Positions 12,600 to 25,746 of a stretch of DNA of 53,479 nucleotides are shown here, piece by piece. Position 1 is the first letter of the stretch, and every line of letters starts with the position of its first letter. Location: positions 6,434,088 through 6,487,566 of the forward strand of contig BFEA01000013.1 in the NCBI GenBank assembly GCA_003427395.1, given 5' to 3'. A model generated the notes under the pieces. That model had not been told where the DNA came from. It searched no databases and saw nothing but the letters and a program-made list of their open reading frames with translations. The position numbers and the translations under genes are program-made. The DNA is from Chara braunii (taxonomy: Eukaryota; Plantae; Charophyceae).

Positions 12600-12930
12600 A
12601 GGAGTAATACTTACCGTGGTTGATATGAAAGGTATATTTGACCTCCTAGTCGTCATGATCGTTGTCAGTAAAGTCGCCGACATAAATGATTTAATTGTGA
12701 CTGTAGACGTTGTTGTTGTTAACATCAGTGATGTAGATGTCATCGTCGTTAACATTGTTGATGCTGTTGAGATCAACGATGTAGAATTGTTTATGACAGT
12801 ATTCATTGTTGTTGTTAACGTTGGTGTTGTAGTTGTCGTTGCCATCATATCTGTTGATGTTGTTGAGCTTGTTGCTGTTGTTGCATGTATCGTTGATATG
12901 AAGAATATTGTTGCAGATTGCTGTTGACTT
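12600..12930. repeat. Degenerate (GTT/GAT)n trinucleotide-rich low-complexity tract
   Basis: Repeated gtt/gat triplets produce spurious poly-V, poly-T and poly-N ORFs on both strands. Confidence 0.7.
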
Positions 12931-13164
12931 GTCATGGCAGTGCACACAAATGACGCTGACGTCGGTGTATTGCCTGGTCCTAATCGACACTGTTGATGCT
13001 TCGGTTTCACCAGCGGCTCGTTATCTCTTCGATTTTTCTGTTGTCATCTTTCACTCTTGGGCAAAGTGGTTATCCATCCTATCAGAGAATCAGCTGACAT
13101 GGCAGGGTCTAATTTAAGATCCAAGTAGTTGTTACGGGATGAAAAATAGGACCATTGCTTGGAT

Positions 13165-13400
13165 CTGGCTCTGCACAGAACAATCTACGGAAGTCTTACA
13201 GGAATCACGAACGCCCTGCTTTTGTTCTGCATTTCATTCACAAGGCTGACGTCTATTGCCCTTGGGGCAGGTTTGGGACGAGGTTCAACTTACACAGACT
13301 GTTCTCACATATTTGACAGCCAGACTCTGAAGTGGTCGGGGCCATCGTCAAAACCACCACCTCGCAAGTCAAATGCGCATGGGAGTGATTAGGCTATCAC
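13165..13400 (-). pseudogene. Decayed hAT-type C-terminal dimerisation domain
   Basis: Minus-strand translation with stops and a frameshift: ARWWF*RWPRPLQSLAVKYVRTVCVS ... DVSLVNEMQNKSRAFVIPVRLP*IV, resembling WW...P.L..LA.KY....S..ER.FS.....K.R..L. Confidence 0.4.
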
Positions 13401-14353
13401 TTTCTCGAAGGGCGATTGATTGGACTTGATTGAGGTTCTTGTCAGTCCATTGTATGAATTTGTTAACTGATTTCTTCGTTGATTGATTGACCTGTTGTAC
13501 TAATATGGAGATCTTCGTCCGTCTCTGTCCCCCTCACCCCTTCCCCACACCCACCGCCCTCCATATGGAACGTTTACATTTTTTTGGGTTGAAGAACATT
13601 ATCTCTTTCTCTCTCTCATCAAGTACCATGCGCAGTTTTTTAAAGAGAACCAGCAAGTATGTGTGATGCAATGACAACCTCATACATATGGAAAAAAAAA
13701 AAAAAAGTCGGGTCGGCCATAGGCCCACTGGATAGAAGATTCTCAGTATTTTGCTTGTTGTTGTGCAATTATCTCAATGGGTGGAACCCTCCTTCAATCA
13801 CGGAGTATATGGAGGGCATCATGATCGCTGCTGACAGAAGTTGAGTTTATTCCATAACAAATGTGGCAGTTACTGTGTCCACTGTTGTTGCAACCACACC
13901 ATCAAATCATTATGATTTGATGGTTGGGAAGCACTCTGCCATGATTTCTGGTGGGAAGTCTCTGTTTTTTTTTTTTTTTTTGCCTTTCTCCTGTTTTCTC
14001 AGCCCATAAATTTGTAATGAACCGGTCAGGCCGATGCCACTCAGTGTCACACTAGATCGGCCATACTCCTATCTGACTGCTAATGAGACCATGCCCCTGA
14101 ATGCTACTTGCAAGCCTTACCAACTGAGGTTGCTGGATTTTCCCCATAGAAATATCGAAACGAAACGGGCCCGAACTTGGTCGTCGATCTGCAAAGATCT
14201 ACGGCCCAAATCGGGCCTAATTAAATTCGAATGGACCCACTGCCGACCGATTCAAGGTGAAGAAGAGGAATTTGGCGGCAATGAGGTAGGAGGAGGACGA
14301 CGAAGGGCGGGAGGAGCATTGCAGCAGCTGCAGGGAACTCGAACACGGCGCTC

Positions 14354-14432
<79 letters not shown>

Positions 14433-14602
14433 TGAGTGTGTGAGACACACACACACANNNNNNNNNNNNNNNNNNNNNNNNNNNNNNNNNNNNNNNNNNN
14501 NNNNNNNNNNNNNNNNNNNNNNNNNNNNNNNNNNNNNNNNNNNNNNNNNNNNNNNNNNNNNNNNNNNNNNNNNNNNNNNNNNNNNNNNNNNNNNNNNNNN
14601 NN

Positions 14603-14694
<92 letters not shown>

Positions 14695-15429
14695 GAAGGT
14701 GAGGAGTTGGAAGGCGCCCTCCTCCTTGCGTCCCCACAGCCCCTTCCTCCCCCGCCCGCCCTCGCTCTCTCCCTCCATCTTCTGTAAATTTCCCCCCTAT
14801 TGCGTCATTCTACTACGCCCAACTTTTCCTCCCTCGCTCTCTCCCTCCATCTTTCGTGCATCCCCGCTGCGCTCATTCCCACCTGCTTCCGCGCTCCTCC
14901 TCCCATCGTTTTCCCCAACCCTTTCTCGCCAACACTCCATCGCCCAACTTTTCCTTTCTCCGCCTACTTCTCCTTCCTGCCTTCCCACTTTGCTCATTTC
15001 CACCCTCTTCCCCGCTCCTCCTTCCATCGTTTTCTCTGACCCCTCCCCGCCGGCACTCGATTCTCCCCTTTTGCTCGCCTTTCCTTCCCTCCATCTAGTG
15101 CCCAACTTCCTGCTCTCCCCTCTCTCGATGCTGAACTTCCCGAACTGATCCCGCTGCTCACCCCCGCCCAACCGCATTTCCCTTCTGCGTGATTGCACCT
15201 CCTATTTGGATCGCGCCTCTCTCCTCTATAGTGCCCTCTCCCACTTCCTGTCCCCGCTGCTATCCCGATTTTCTTCCTCCCCGCCTCCCTCCTTTGTGCA
15301 TCTCCCTTGCGCTCCAATCTCATTCCTACTTCTCTCGATCGCCTCCCAATCAAAATTCTGATTCTCTTCCTTCCCTGCCCGCTGGATGGAGCCAATCTGC
15401 CAATGCCAGCCAAATGTTTATATCGACGT

Positions 15430-15893
15430 TGCTTATTTGATCCTTCAATGTTGACTCTTCGTATCATTGCAACAATGGATTCGTCAAGTGTTGGCACCTG
15501 GATGGTTGACGAGTGCCACATCATTTAATTAAAAACCCTCATTGATTGGAATAGTGAGATTCCTTTTCTATTTTAGAATTTCATAATCATCCTCATGCGT
15601 CCCTCCGATGCTCATAATCATCATCGACGCATCATCTTCATCATCACCATCATTATCATCATTCACGACACCGTCAACGGTGTTTTTTTTCCGTGACTTC
15701 GTCTTTCCACCGTAGGAACAATCGAGAAGACCCTTTAGCGGTATCATTCAAGACATTTCTTCACAAGAGGAATGATATTTATTGCTCCGAGGCGACCGAG
15801 AGCGCAATATTGTCCTTTATACCCTGTAATACTAACCCTCTCCTTCCATCTTGCTGTTTTACTCAAAAGATCGTATATTTCTATTTTTTCACA
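15430..15893 (+). repeat. Diverged interspersed repeat, copy 2
   Basis: See 10890-11215. Confidence 0.7.
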
Positions 15894-16296
15894 CATTTTC
15901 TGACACTTCTCCTGCTCGACCGTCTTGACTTTTTTTGTTCGTTGTCCTTCCTCTCCTCCTCCTCTCGTCCCTCCTTCTCCTCCTCGTCCTCCTTCTCCTC
16001 CTCGTCCTCCTTCTCCTCCTCGTCCTCCTTCTCCTCTTTCCCTCTCTCCTCCCCCCCCAAAACCCTGACTGTTGATATATACAGACTGAAGCTCGAATGC
16101 TCCGTGTGAAAACTAAGAAGAAACAATTCTTGATCAAATAGAAAGATACACCACCATATTTAAAAACTCAGTTTCTCTGTTGTGGATACTAATTGTCTTT
16201 ATATTAGTATGCACCTTCGATCAAGTTCCATTTTATTTGAAAATTGACAACTCATTTTATTTTCGTTACACACACACGCACACACACACGCACACA

Positions 16297-16335
<39 letters not shown>

Positions 16336-16371
16336 AGAAAAAAAAACAAAGAGAGAGAAAAATTGAGACAT

Positions 16372-16437
<66 letters not shown>

Positions 16438-16569
16438 CATTTCTGTGCGTGCTTGATTTGCAGAGAAGACTGATTCATTTGCAGAGAAGACTGGTTGCAA
16501 TGGTGCATGCAACAAGTGTATGGTTTCGGTGTTCGAGTCATCTGGTGTTGTTGGTGAGAGTGTGGGATT

Positions 16570-16921
16570 ATCTGGGACCATTTGGGACCAGTTGAAACTG
16601 ATTTGAGGTTCGTGATTTTGGGGCGTGTGCAGTTTGTGTTCCCACATTTGAAACTACTATGAGTGGAGTGATGGAAGGTGGTTTTGGACCGTGGTTTGAT
16701 TTGGGACAATCCTTGGGGGATGTGGTCCAATTGAGACTGTTTTTGTGCTGGGACCATTGGGGACCAGTTGAAACTAATTTGAGGTTCGTGATTTTGGGGC
16801 GTGTGCAGTTTGCGTTCCCACATTTGAAACTACTCTGAGTGGAGTGATGGAAGGTGGTTTTTGACCGCGGCTTGAGTTGGGACAATCCTTGAAAAATGTG
16901 GTCCAATTGAGACTGCTTTTG
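16570..16921 (+). repeat. ~176-bp tandem duplication (2 copies)
   Basis: ctgggaccatt.gggaccagttgaaact.atttgaggttcgtgattttggggcgtgtgcagtttg at 16572 and 16748, continuing to gtggtccaattgagactg. Confidence 0.95.
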
Positions 16922-19900
16922 TGCATAGGGGATGATGTTTGAACCACGTGGGACTTAAAGTCGCGAACACCCTCTTGGAGGGTTATCTCATTGAGTCCTT
17001 TTTTTGGACCCTATCATGGTTTGTTCAGGTCAAAGGAGAAGGACGTGAGCTATTAATCAGTCGAAAGGACCACAACTTGTGTGATTGTTCCCCACACATT
17101 TTTGCTTTTAACGACGGTTAATTTTTTATTTAATTGAGACATTATCTCGACTTTCTTGAGTAAGTCGATTCAAACTTCACTCAAGGTCAACTGAATGAAT
17201 CAAACTTCTCTTTACACCTATGTGGACCCACACTTCTTTGACCATGTTCATTGAATGTTTGTTGAAAAGGCAAAGGAAATGTATGTTTGCATTTGAATTG
17301 AAAGGTTTGACTTGAGCATGGGGTTGCATTGGATCTCTTTGAACTGTTTGTTTTCTGTGATGCGCGGGTAGGTAGAGGGATGTTTGAAAATAAAATTGAT
17401 TTTGCCTATTTGAGATGAAGAAAAAATTGTCCTCTTTCTACCTCTCATATGTCTACATGTAAAAAACAATTGTATTTTGAAATGAAGACATTTAACTACT
17501 ACTGGAAAAAAAAGTCGTGCATATAATGAAAAGTTAAAAACAAAATTAATCTGATTGAACATTTTCCTAGGTTTATCAGTTCTATCCCGAATCACCTTAT
17601 CTCTCTATAACCGTCAAAATGGTTCTTCTTCATTATCTTTTCTAACTCTTTTCGTCCAAGTTACCTTGAGCTTAGAAAAATTAAGAACAAATGGTTGTTC
17701 TTTTTTTTCTCTCAAATCTTTAAATTCATCTTCACTACCTACCTACCGCTACTCCTAAGTAAGTGTGTTGGTACCTTTCAGTCCACATAGTATGACACAC
17801 CCCACATTGGCCCCCTTGCCCATATGCTACTATCCAACCTAAAGTACCATACAGACCATTTAATATTGATCAATCCATAAGGCCAAGGGATATGTTGTGC
17901 CCAAGTGCGCATTTTATTTTTTAGGATACTATATGTGTGTGTGTATGTCACTACTATCCGGTCCCTATAGTACATATAGTATGACTTGCTCCGCATGGTG
18001 CTGCCTGTTACACATGATGCTGCCTACCCCACATACTATCACTCACGCCACACGATAGCGCTCAACCCACATAGTATGGCCTGCCTGAGCCAATGACCGA
18101 GTTGTGGCAAATTTTGACCCTGTTTTTTTTTTTTTTTTAACTTGGCAACACAATCACTCCATATACGTATTGCATGCTTACTAGAGAGAAGACCTTGAGA
18201 TCGGGAGGTGGACTTGTGTTTTTTTTTTATGTGCAAGGCGTGTTTTCGTTTTTTATTGCTGAGTTGCATAAATGCCAGAGAAGGAGGGGGGGGTAGGAGG
18301 AGGTAGCCGAGAGGAAGGAGGAAGGTAGTAGAGGAAGACAAGGAATAGGAGTCGGTGTGTGCTGGGGTTGTAGTCGCGGTGGACATCTGCTTGCTGCTAT
18401 AAGCACTGCATACCAGCTTGTTGTTATACATATTCCACAATAAAGTTTTTCAAATGATATTGGTCTTGCATCTATTTAGCGGGAAGGAATCATGAGATTG
18501 AAATTTTTGTTTTGGTCGTAAAAAGGTATCTTAACGTGCATGTGAACAGGGATGGATAATATTGGGGTGTGATAGTTTCTCTCTCCACTGTGAGCGGCTG
18601 CAATAACCTCTATTTGTGACATTCATGCAAAAATAAGAACTTCATACCTCATACTACTCCTTGCTTCCTTGCGTATGATCATCCATTTTATCATTATCAT
18701 CACACTACCTCGAGATCTTTATTTTCACGTTGGTAAAGGCGGTGAAGTACACATCGAGTCTTCTTCACACGCACACCACCTTGATAATTATGTCATTCAA
18801 AAAACACTTATTTTTCAAAGTGATGTTGATTATGCAGTTTTCTTTTGTTGTTTTTTGTTGTGGCAGCAGTTATGCAAGTTCAAGCCCTAAGGCATCCGAC
18901 ATCTGGTGGACAAAAATTGTGAATGACAGCTGCATGGGAACAGTTGATGAAAGAAGGCTCTCTAACCATAAATAGTAATGGAAGGAGGTTGCAAATATTA
19001 TTGCAGTTAAGGCAGAAGTAGGCGAGAAAATGATTTTTTTGTTAATTTTTCATTTTCTTTCTAATTTTACTCTCTTCCTCCTTGTCTTTGTTTGCACCTT
19101 CTTAGGATCTCTCACTTATGCGTGCACTCTCTTTCGCACATATTTCAAGTATTTGAGTTGAACTTTTAGTCACTGTGGTTGTGGAGCAACAAAAACTATT
19201 TTTATTTATAGACGTATTGAGTGTGCGTGCCCACCTTTCGCTGGGCGGATGCGTTCTTGTAGAATTAATTCACCAAAATTTAGGGGTGAAGACTTTGTGT
19301 AGTTAAATTGGTGTGTATTGTAGGAATCATAAAGTTTTGTTATGGCTAAGGAGCCTGTAAACTTATTTATTATTATTTTTTTCTCCTCTCTCTCTCTTTC
19401 ACATCACCATCTTTTTTTTTTTCCTTCTTCTCTTAGGTCTCCCTATCCTCTCTCTTTCTATATATTTTTCTCTCTCACACACACACATACACATACATGC
19501 ATGCATGTACAAACACAATTATATACACAAGTTCACGAGTGTGGTCTCGAGGTGCAATTTACAAGTTAGATTATTATGTAATGTTGTAGGATCCTGATTT
19601 TCTTTTAGTTTATTTTCACTAAGTTATCAGTATATATATATGTTATTATCTGTGTAGCATCGCGTTCGGGTTCGGTAACCGAACGCAAACGAGCGCCAAA
19701 ACCCTTCGAACGAGAACATNNNNNNNNNNNNNNNNNNNNNNNNNNNNNNNNNNNNNNNNNNNNNNNNNNNNNNNNNNNNNNNNNNNNNNNNNNNNNNNNN
19801 NNNNNNNNNNNNNNNNNNNNNNNNNNNNNNNNNNNNNNNNNNNNNNNNNNNNNNNNNNNNNNNNNNNNNNNNNNNNNNNNNNNNNNNNNNNNNNNNNNNN

Positions 19901-21339
19901 NNNNNNNNNNNNNNNNNNNNNNNNNNNNNNNNNNNNNNNNNNNNNNNNNNNNNNNNNNNNNNNNNNNNNNNNNNNNNNNNNNNNNNNNNNNNNNNNNNNN
20001 NNNNNNNNNNNNNNNNNNNNNNNNNNNNNNNNNNNNNNNNNNNNNNNNNNNNNNNNNNNNNNNNNNNNNNNNNNNNNNNNNNNNNNNNNNNNNNNNNNNN
20101 NNNNNNNNNNNNNNNNNNNNNNNNNNNNNNNNNNNNNNNNNNNNNNNNNNNNNNNNNNNNNNNNNNNNNNNNNNNNNNNNNNNNNNNNNNNNNNNNNNNN
20201 NNNNNNNNNNNNNNNNNNNNNNNNNNNNNNNNNNNNNNNNNNNNNNNNNNNNNNNNNNNNNNNNNNNNNNNNNNNNNNNNNNNNNNNNNNNNNNNNNNNN
20301 NNNNNNNNNNNNNNNNNNNNNNNNNNNNNNNNNNNNNNNNNNNNNNNNNNNNNNNNNNNNNNNNNNNNNNNNNNNNNNNNNNNNNNNNNNNNNNNNNNNN
20401 NNNNNNNNNNNNNNNNNNNNNNNNNNNNNNNNNNNNNNNNNNNNNNNNNNNNNNNNNNNNNNNNNNNNNNNNNNNNNNNNNNNNNNNNNNNNNNNNNNNN
20501 NNNNNNNNNNNNNNNNNNNNNNNNNNNNNNNNNNNNNNNNNNNNNNNNNNNNNNNNNNNNNNNNNNNNNNNNNNNNNNNNNNNNNNNNNNNNNNGTTGAT
20601 CATTGATCATTATATGTAAAGTTATGAGTTGTTTGTATGGTCCACAATTCTCTAGAAATTTTGATGGAATTTCAGTCTAACTTTTCGTCCATATCTGAAA
20701 ATTGCAATATAATTTTCGTTCAATTTGAGTAAGTTGGGTGAAATTTCAGTTAGAATCTCTTTTTACATTCCGTCCACATTTATAATTTTCTATCGAACTT
20801 TTCGTCTACATCTAAAAATTTATTAACATTTTTTTTCAGATCGAGTATTTTCAGTAAAATTTCAGTCAAAATTCAATTATTTTTTTGTAACTTTAATCCA
20901 AAGTTAATACTTTTGGTGGAATTTCAGTTCAAAATCAGCTTAAGTTTTTGCCAAATTTAAAATTTTACTCTAATTACCATTTTGAGTCTATTTCAAATAT
21001 TTTAAAATTTATCCCAGAATTTAACTACCAGTTTCAATCTAATTCATAAAATAACGATGATAATGAGATTGAAATACTCAAATTTAGACTGAAATGCATT
21101 GATTTGAACGAAAAATTTATAAGTTAGAATTTTTGTTAACAGAAGTTTTCTGCCTGAATTTTTTTTTTTTGTACCTTGACGTCTACGCATGTATTGATGA
21201 GTTAAAAAACTTCTTCAAACTTTGTTGTTAGTAACAATTTTATGGTAATGATCGAGATAAACTCATTGTTATTACTTATGTTATGTTTTTTAAACTTCGA
21301 GAATTAACATTTTGAAAGATGTATATATATGTTGATGAA

Positions 21340-22870
21340 TATATATATGGACATCGTCAATGTTAAACATTTTCATAAAAAATATCACGTTCTTATTTTA
21401 TAATATTTCCTTGTCTTCTATTACGTGTACAACAATGTTTGTATATAAGGTGGGTATGTGTATACTCTTTTATGGCATAATGTATTTTTTGTAGCACATA
21501 AATATAGGCATCAAATGAACATAAGAAGTGTCTCATCGTATGACTTTATAGTAGAAATTGTAGCTGCAGAGTTTCAATTTTTTTGTTTTTTGCAAAACGT
21601 TCACAATTTATACTCTAATATATATATATATATATATATACAGGATCACGAGCCCGTACGTACGGAGGTCCCCGGGCACACCTCCGTACATACGGGCGTT
21701 CGGGGTCCCGTACGGGGTCCGAACCCGACGGTGTTCGGGCCCCACCAAAACTTATTTCGGGGCCTAAAAGTAATAATGTTTTTCTAAATATTTTTTTGTG
21801 AGTTCTCTATGAAGTGAGATACATGCCTGTTAATTTTCAAGTCATTTGGCTAATCCTAATAAGAATTAAAAATCCTCAAAGATGGCGGTGTCAAAACGCG
21901 CTCGCCCACGTATGTTTTCACTTTTTACTTCTTGTTTTCACTTTAGTTGGGGGCTAAACAATTTTATTATTTTTTAAAACTTTTTTAGTGGGTTTTGTAT
22001 TATGTGAAGTACACATTTGTAAATTTTCAGGGCATTTAGCTATGCCAAAACAAAATGAAAAATCACCAAAGATGGCAGTGTCGAAAGCATGCTCGCGCAC
22101 TTAATAAATTTAATTCTCTTTTTATTTTTATTTATTTTTATTATTAGTATTTGTTTTCCATATTTCATTTTTATTTCGAATTTGGTAATGAATTTGGATG
22201 TAATGCTTAGGCAATTCTTGTATATATCCCCGAGAGGTCCCATACGTTCGGGCGTTCGGGTTCGTGTTCGGCCCGAACGGTCGAACGCATCCCTAAGAGG
22301 TCCCATACGTTCGCGCGTTCGGGTTCGGGCGTTCGGCCCGTCCCGAACGCCGGTTACCCTGTATATATATATATATATATGTACATAGATATATATAAAC
22401 GTCGTCGGTATTAAAAATTTCTCAGAAAAAATATTACGCTCTTATTTTATAATCATCCCCGATCTTTTATCACGTATTTAACAATATTTGTGTTTGAGGT
22501 CGGTAGGTGCGTATTATTTTATGGCTTAGCATATTCGTTGCAACACGTTAATGTAGGCACCAACTGACCACAAAAAGTCTCGACTAAAATAAAAGAGTTA
22601 TTCACACTTTACATTTAGAAAAATAATATGCTCTGCTGTTACGATTAAACACTTCTCATAAATGATATTACATTTTTATTTTATAATCATCCTCAATCTT
22701 CTTCTATCACCTATCTACCAATGTTTGCGTATATGGTCGGTAGGTGCATAGTATTTTATGACTTATCATAATCATTCTAACACATAAATGTAAGCACCAA
22801 CCGACTACAAGAAGTGTTGCTTGAAACAACAAAATTATTCACACGTCACAATTTAAAAAATAATATGCTC
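21340..22870 (+). repeat. Three diverged AT-rich ~240-bp tandem units, split by a MITE
   Basis: ttattt(t)tataat..tctt..acaat.tttg..gg.(c/g)ggta.gtg..tttttatg..aat(a/g)ta.gca.caa recurs near 21393, 22442 and 22676. Confidence 0.7.
21641..22361. mobile_element. hAT-like MITE inserted in a (TA)n microsatellite
   Basis: Termini CAGGATCAC.. / ..GTTACCCTG; GC-rich subterminal gttcggg/cccgaac repeats at both ends; AT-rich core; TATATATA on both flanks, compatible with an 8-bp TSD. Confidence 0.7.
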
Positions 22871-22905
22871 CCAAAGTGTCCGTCAAAGTCCCTAAAAAAT
22901 AAAGA

Positions 22906-23032
<127 letters not shown>

Positions 23033-25173
23033 ACATTACACAGTTCTAATAGAGTCGATCATTTGTTCACTTTCATCCACATTGCACTTATATTTCCGAT
23101 CCTCTCAGTCAGATATCATTTTTTCGACTTAGTCATTCAGTCGCATCTGATTTTTGTCATTTAATGATATTTTTGACCAAGCACAAACCTTTTAGACAAT
23201 GACCCAAAAATAAGAAATGCTTTTAGTGCAGGGGTCGATGCAAAGTGTGAGTGTCGAGGGTGAGTAAGAGTTGAGTCGACAAACCGATCTGTTACGCATT
23301 CAGTATAAACTTATAATGAGTAATTTCTTAGTTGAGATGACCTGCAGTCACACACAGGTCAACACGGTCTCAACACCTTTTGCTATCGATAAGATATCAT
23401 CTAAAGTTCAGTAATCCGAACTTCAAATCTAACGGAGGACATCTTCCTCTAAAAAAGTAGCCCCTTGGATTTCATATTTGGTCGTATTTTTTAGAGATAA
23501 CTATCAGGTCCAAGTAATAAAAGAAGCTTCAGAGTCTAATAAGACTAAAAGTAAGTAAGCAGTATGAAAACCCTCATCCTACCACTTTTCCTAAGACTAG
23601 TCAATTTGGACATAATTGAGCAGTAGGACGACTCACACTGGAGTCTTTATCATGCCGCTTTGATTGACCTAAACTCAAACAAGCAACATGAAATTTACAC
23701 TGGAGTATCTCTCTTTTGTTCCCTCGGTTCTTTTTAAGTTAAACACCCACAACTGGTGATTGACTCGCACCAGAGTCTCCTACCACTTGTTCAATACCAG
23801 ACAATCCATGTTCAAGCAAGTAGTCAGATGATTCACATTGGAGTATCTAACTACCCTTTCAATATCATTCAATCCACATATGATAACAATATATCTACAT
23901 CTATATATATAACTAGATCGATAGATAGATAGATATATTTCAGACAAGGAGTAAGATATAGAGCACCCCAATTTGCAACATCACATTCTAGACTACATAA
24001 TCGCGTACCAACCATAAATCAATTTGTACCAAGCTACGAGGCAAATAAAAGCAATGTGATGAAATCAAATCTCAAGGTTGGCCCCCAACTCACCATCATC
24101 AACAATGTATCCGATGTCTCTTCTCCTAACAGCGCTCGGTACCCAAACCATGGTCACATTGCGCATGCACTAAACCTACACAAGGATGATACAATCAAAA
24201 AATTTCAACAACAAACCCGTATTTTATATGATATTAATATCTATGTAGACCATCACGACACCATCAGGTACGTTCTCTTTCTTCCTTTTTTCCTTCCTCG
24301 CTATCCCCTTCATCACCGTCTTTCCTACCACCCACCTTTTCTTAATCTTCTTCATTCTTCTTCTCGCTCCTTCCCTCTTCATCAACCCTTAAGCCGAAGG
24401 AATGTCACTCATGTTGTGTTGTTCATTCCTTTTAAATGTATCTGGTCAGGACTGTAGTTGGATCCGAACGGAAAAATAACAAATAAAACGACGTCCGTGA
24501 AGAAACGAAATGGAGGGACGCATGCCGACCAACTAGTAAGTTTGTTTCCTTCCACTTCTTCTTCTCACCCCCCCCCCTCATCGTCAACAATATTTCCTAT
24601 TCTCCTCCATAGCTCGTCTGGCCACCCACAAACTCAACTGTCAAAGATCCAAAGCCGGATGTCCTACTCAGCTGAGATGGCAAGTTCGACTTTAGCAATG
24701 TGCGATCTGTATGCATATACTTGAATAAGAGTCAGGTTAAGAATAAAAAGTAATGATAATAACAATATTATTAATAATAAAAACAATAGTGATAGTAATA
24801 ATAATAACAAATTAGTTGAGGTAGATATATACAAGCTATCTTTGTGTTTCGGTACAATCAAAATAAGGGTGTGTTACAATCGTATGGCGACTAGTTAAGG
24901 CTTTCTCTCTCTTCATTTTTTCGTTTTCCTTTCACTGAGCATCTTCTTCTCACCCATTGTGCACCTGCTTCTCCTCCTTCATCGTATTTCCTCTCTACTC
25001 TCACTTCATTACTGTTGTGCTGCGTATGAGCATGCTTCTCTCCTCGACACCTCATTTTTATGTTGCAATCGTATCCCCGTTGTCTGTGCCCGTGACACCA
25101 CTGTGCATTTTTCCTCCTAACTCCACCACACTTTTAACTTCGACTCCATTACGCACTCGTCACCAACTACCAA

Positions 25174-25212
<39 letters not shown>

Positions 25213-25262
25213 ATACACACGCAAACATACACACACACAAAGACACACACACACGCACACAC

Positions 25263-25292
25263 CTGTCTCTTATACACATCTAGATGTGTATA
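25263..25292. other. Nextera mate-pair junction adapter (artefact)
   Basis: CTGTCTCTTATACACATCT+AGATGTGTATA beside a gap. Confidence 0.95.
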
Positions 25293-25475
25293 TATATATA
25301 TATATATANNNNNNNNNNNNNNNNNNNNNNNNNNNNNNNNNNNNNNNNNNNNNNNNNNNNNNNNNNNNNNNNNNNNNNNNNNNNNNNNNNNCACAAAGAC
25401 ACACACACACGCACACACACATCTTGTTTTGTTAGGTGTTTGGAATGACAGTCTGCTAGGATTGCAGGGTTGACA

Positions 25476-25746
25476 GAAGGACTTGTTACGAATCCTGAGG
25501 GTTATGAGCATTCGTAGGACCTCTGTGGCAGCCTATTGCATGAGTATTTCCTTAATAGATCATTAGATATTCACAGACCGATTTCAGCCGAAGCCGGGTA
25601 ATGGCCCCGGTATCTCAAATAATCTTAAATGTTCTCAATGATCTGTACAATTCGATATGGGACGTTGGGCCCGGTTCCCAGCACGTGCTGCTTCCCACGA
25701 ATAGACTGGAGCATTTGTTTAAAAAAAAAAAAAATAAAAAAAAAAA
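25476..25746 (+). mobile_element. 271-bp poly(A)-tailed retroposon with a perfect 17-bp TSD
   Basis: ggattgcagggttgaca at 25459-25475 and 25747-25763; poly(A) at 25721-25746. Confidence 0.9.
25664..25713 (+). ncRNA. Conserved 3' structured RNA motif, copy 3
   Basis: GUUGGG-CCCGGUU-CCCAGC A CGUG-CUGCUUCC-CACG AAUAGACUGGAGCA, 7 nt before poly(A). Confidence 0.65.

Noticed and set aside
12594-13010. Thr-, Val- and Asn-rich ORFs
   Set aside because: Products of a trinucleotide low-complexity tract open in several frames.
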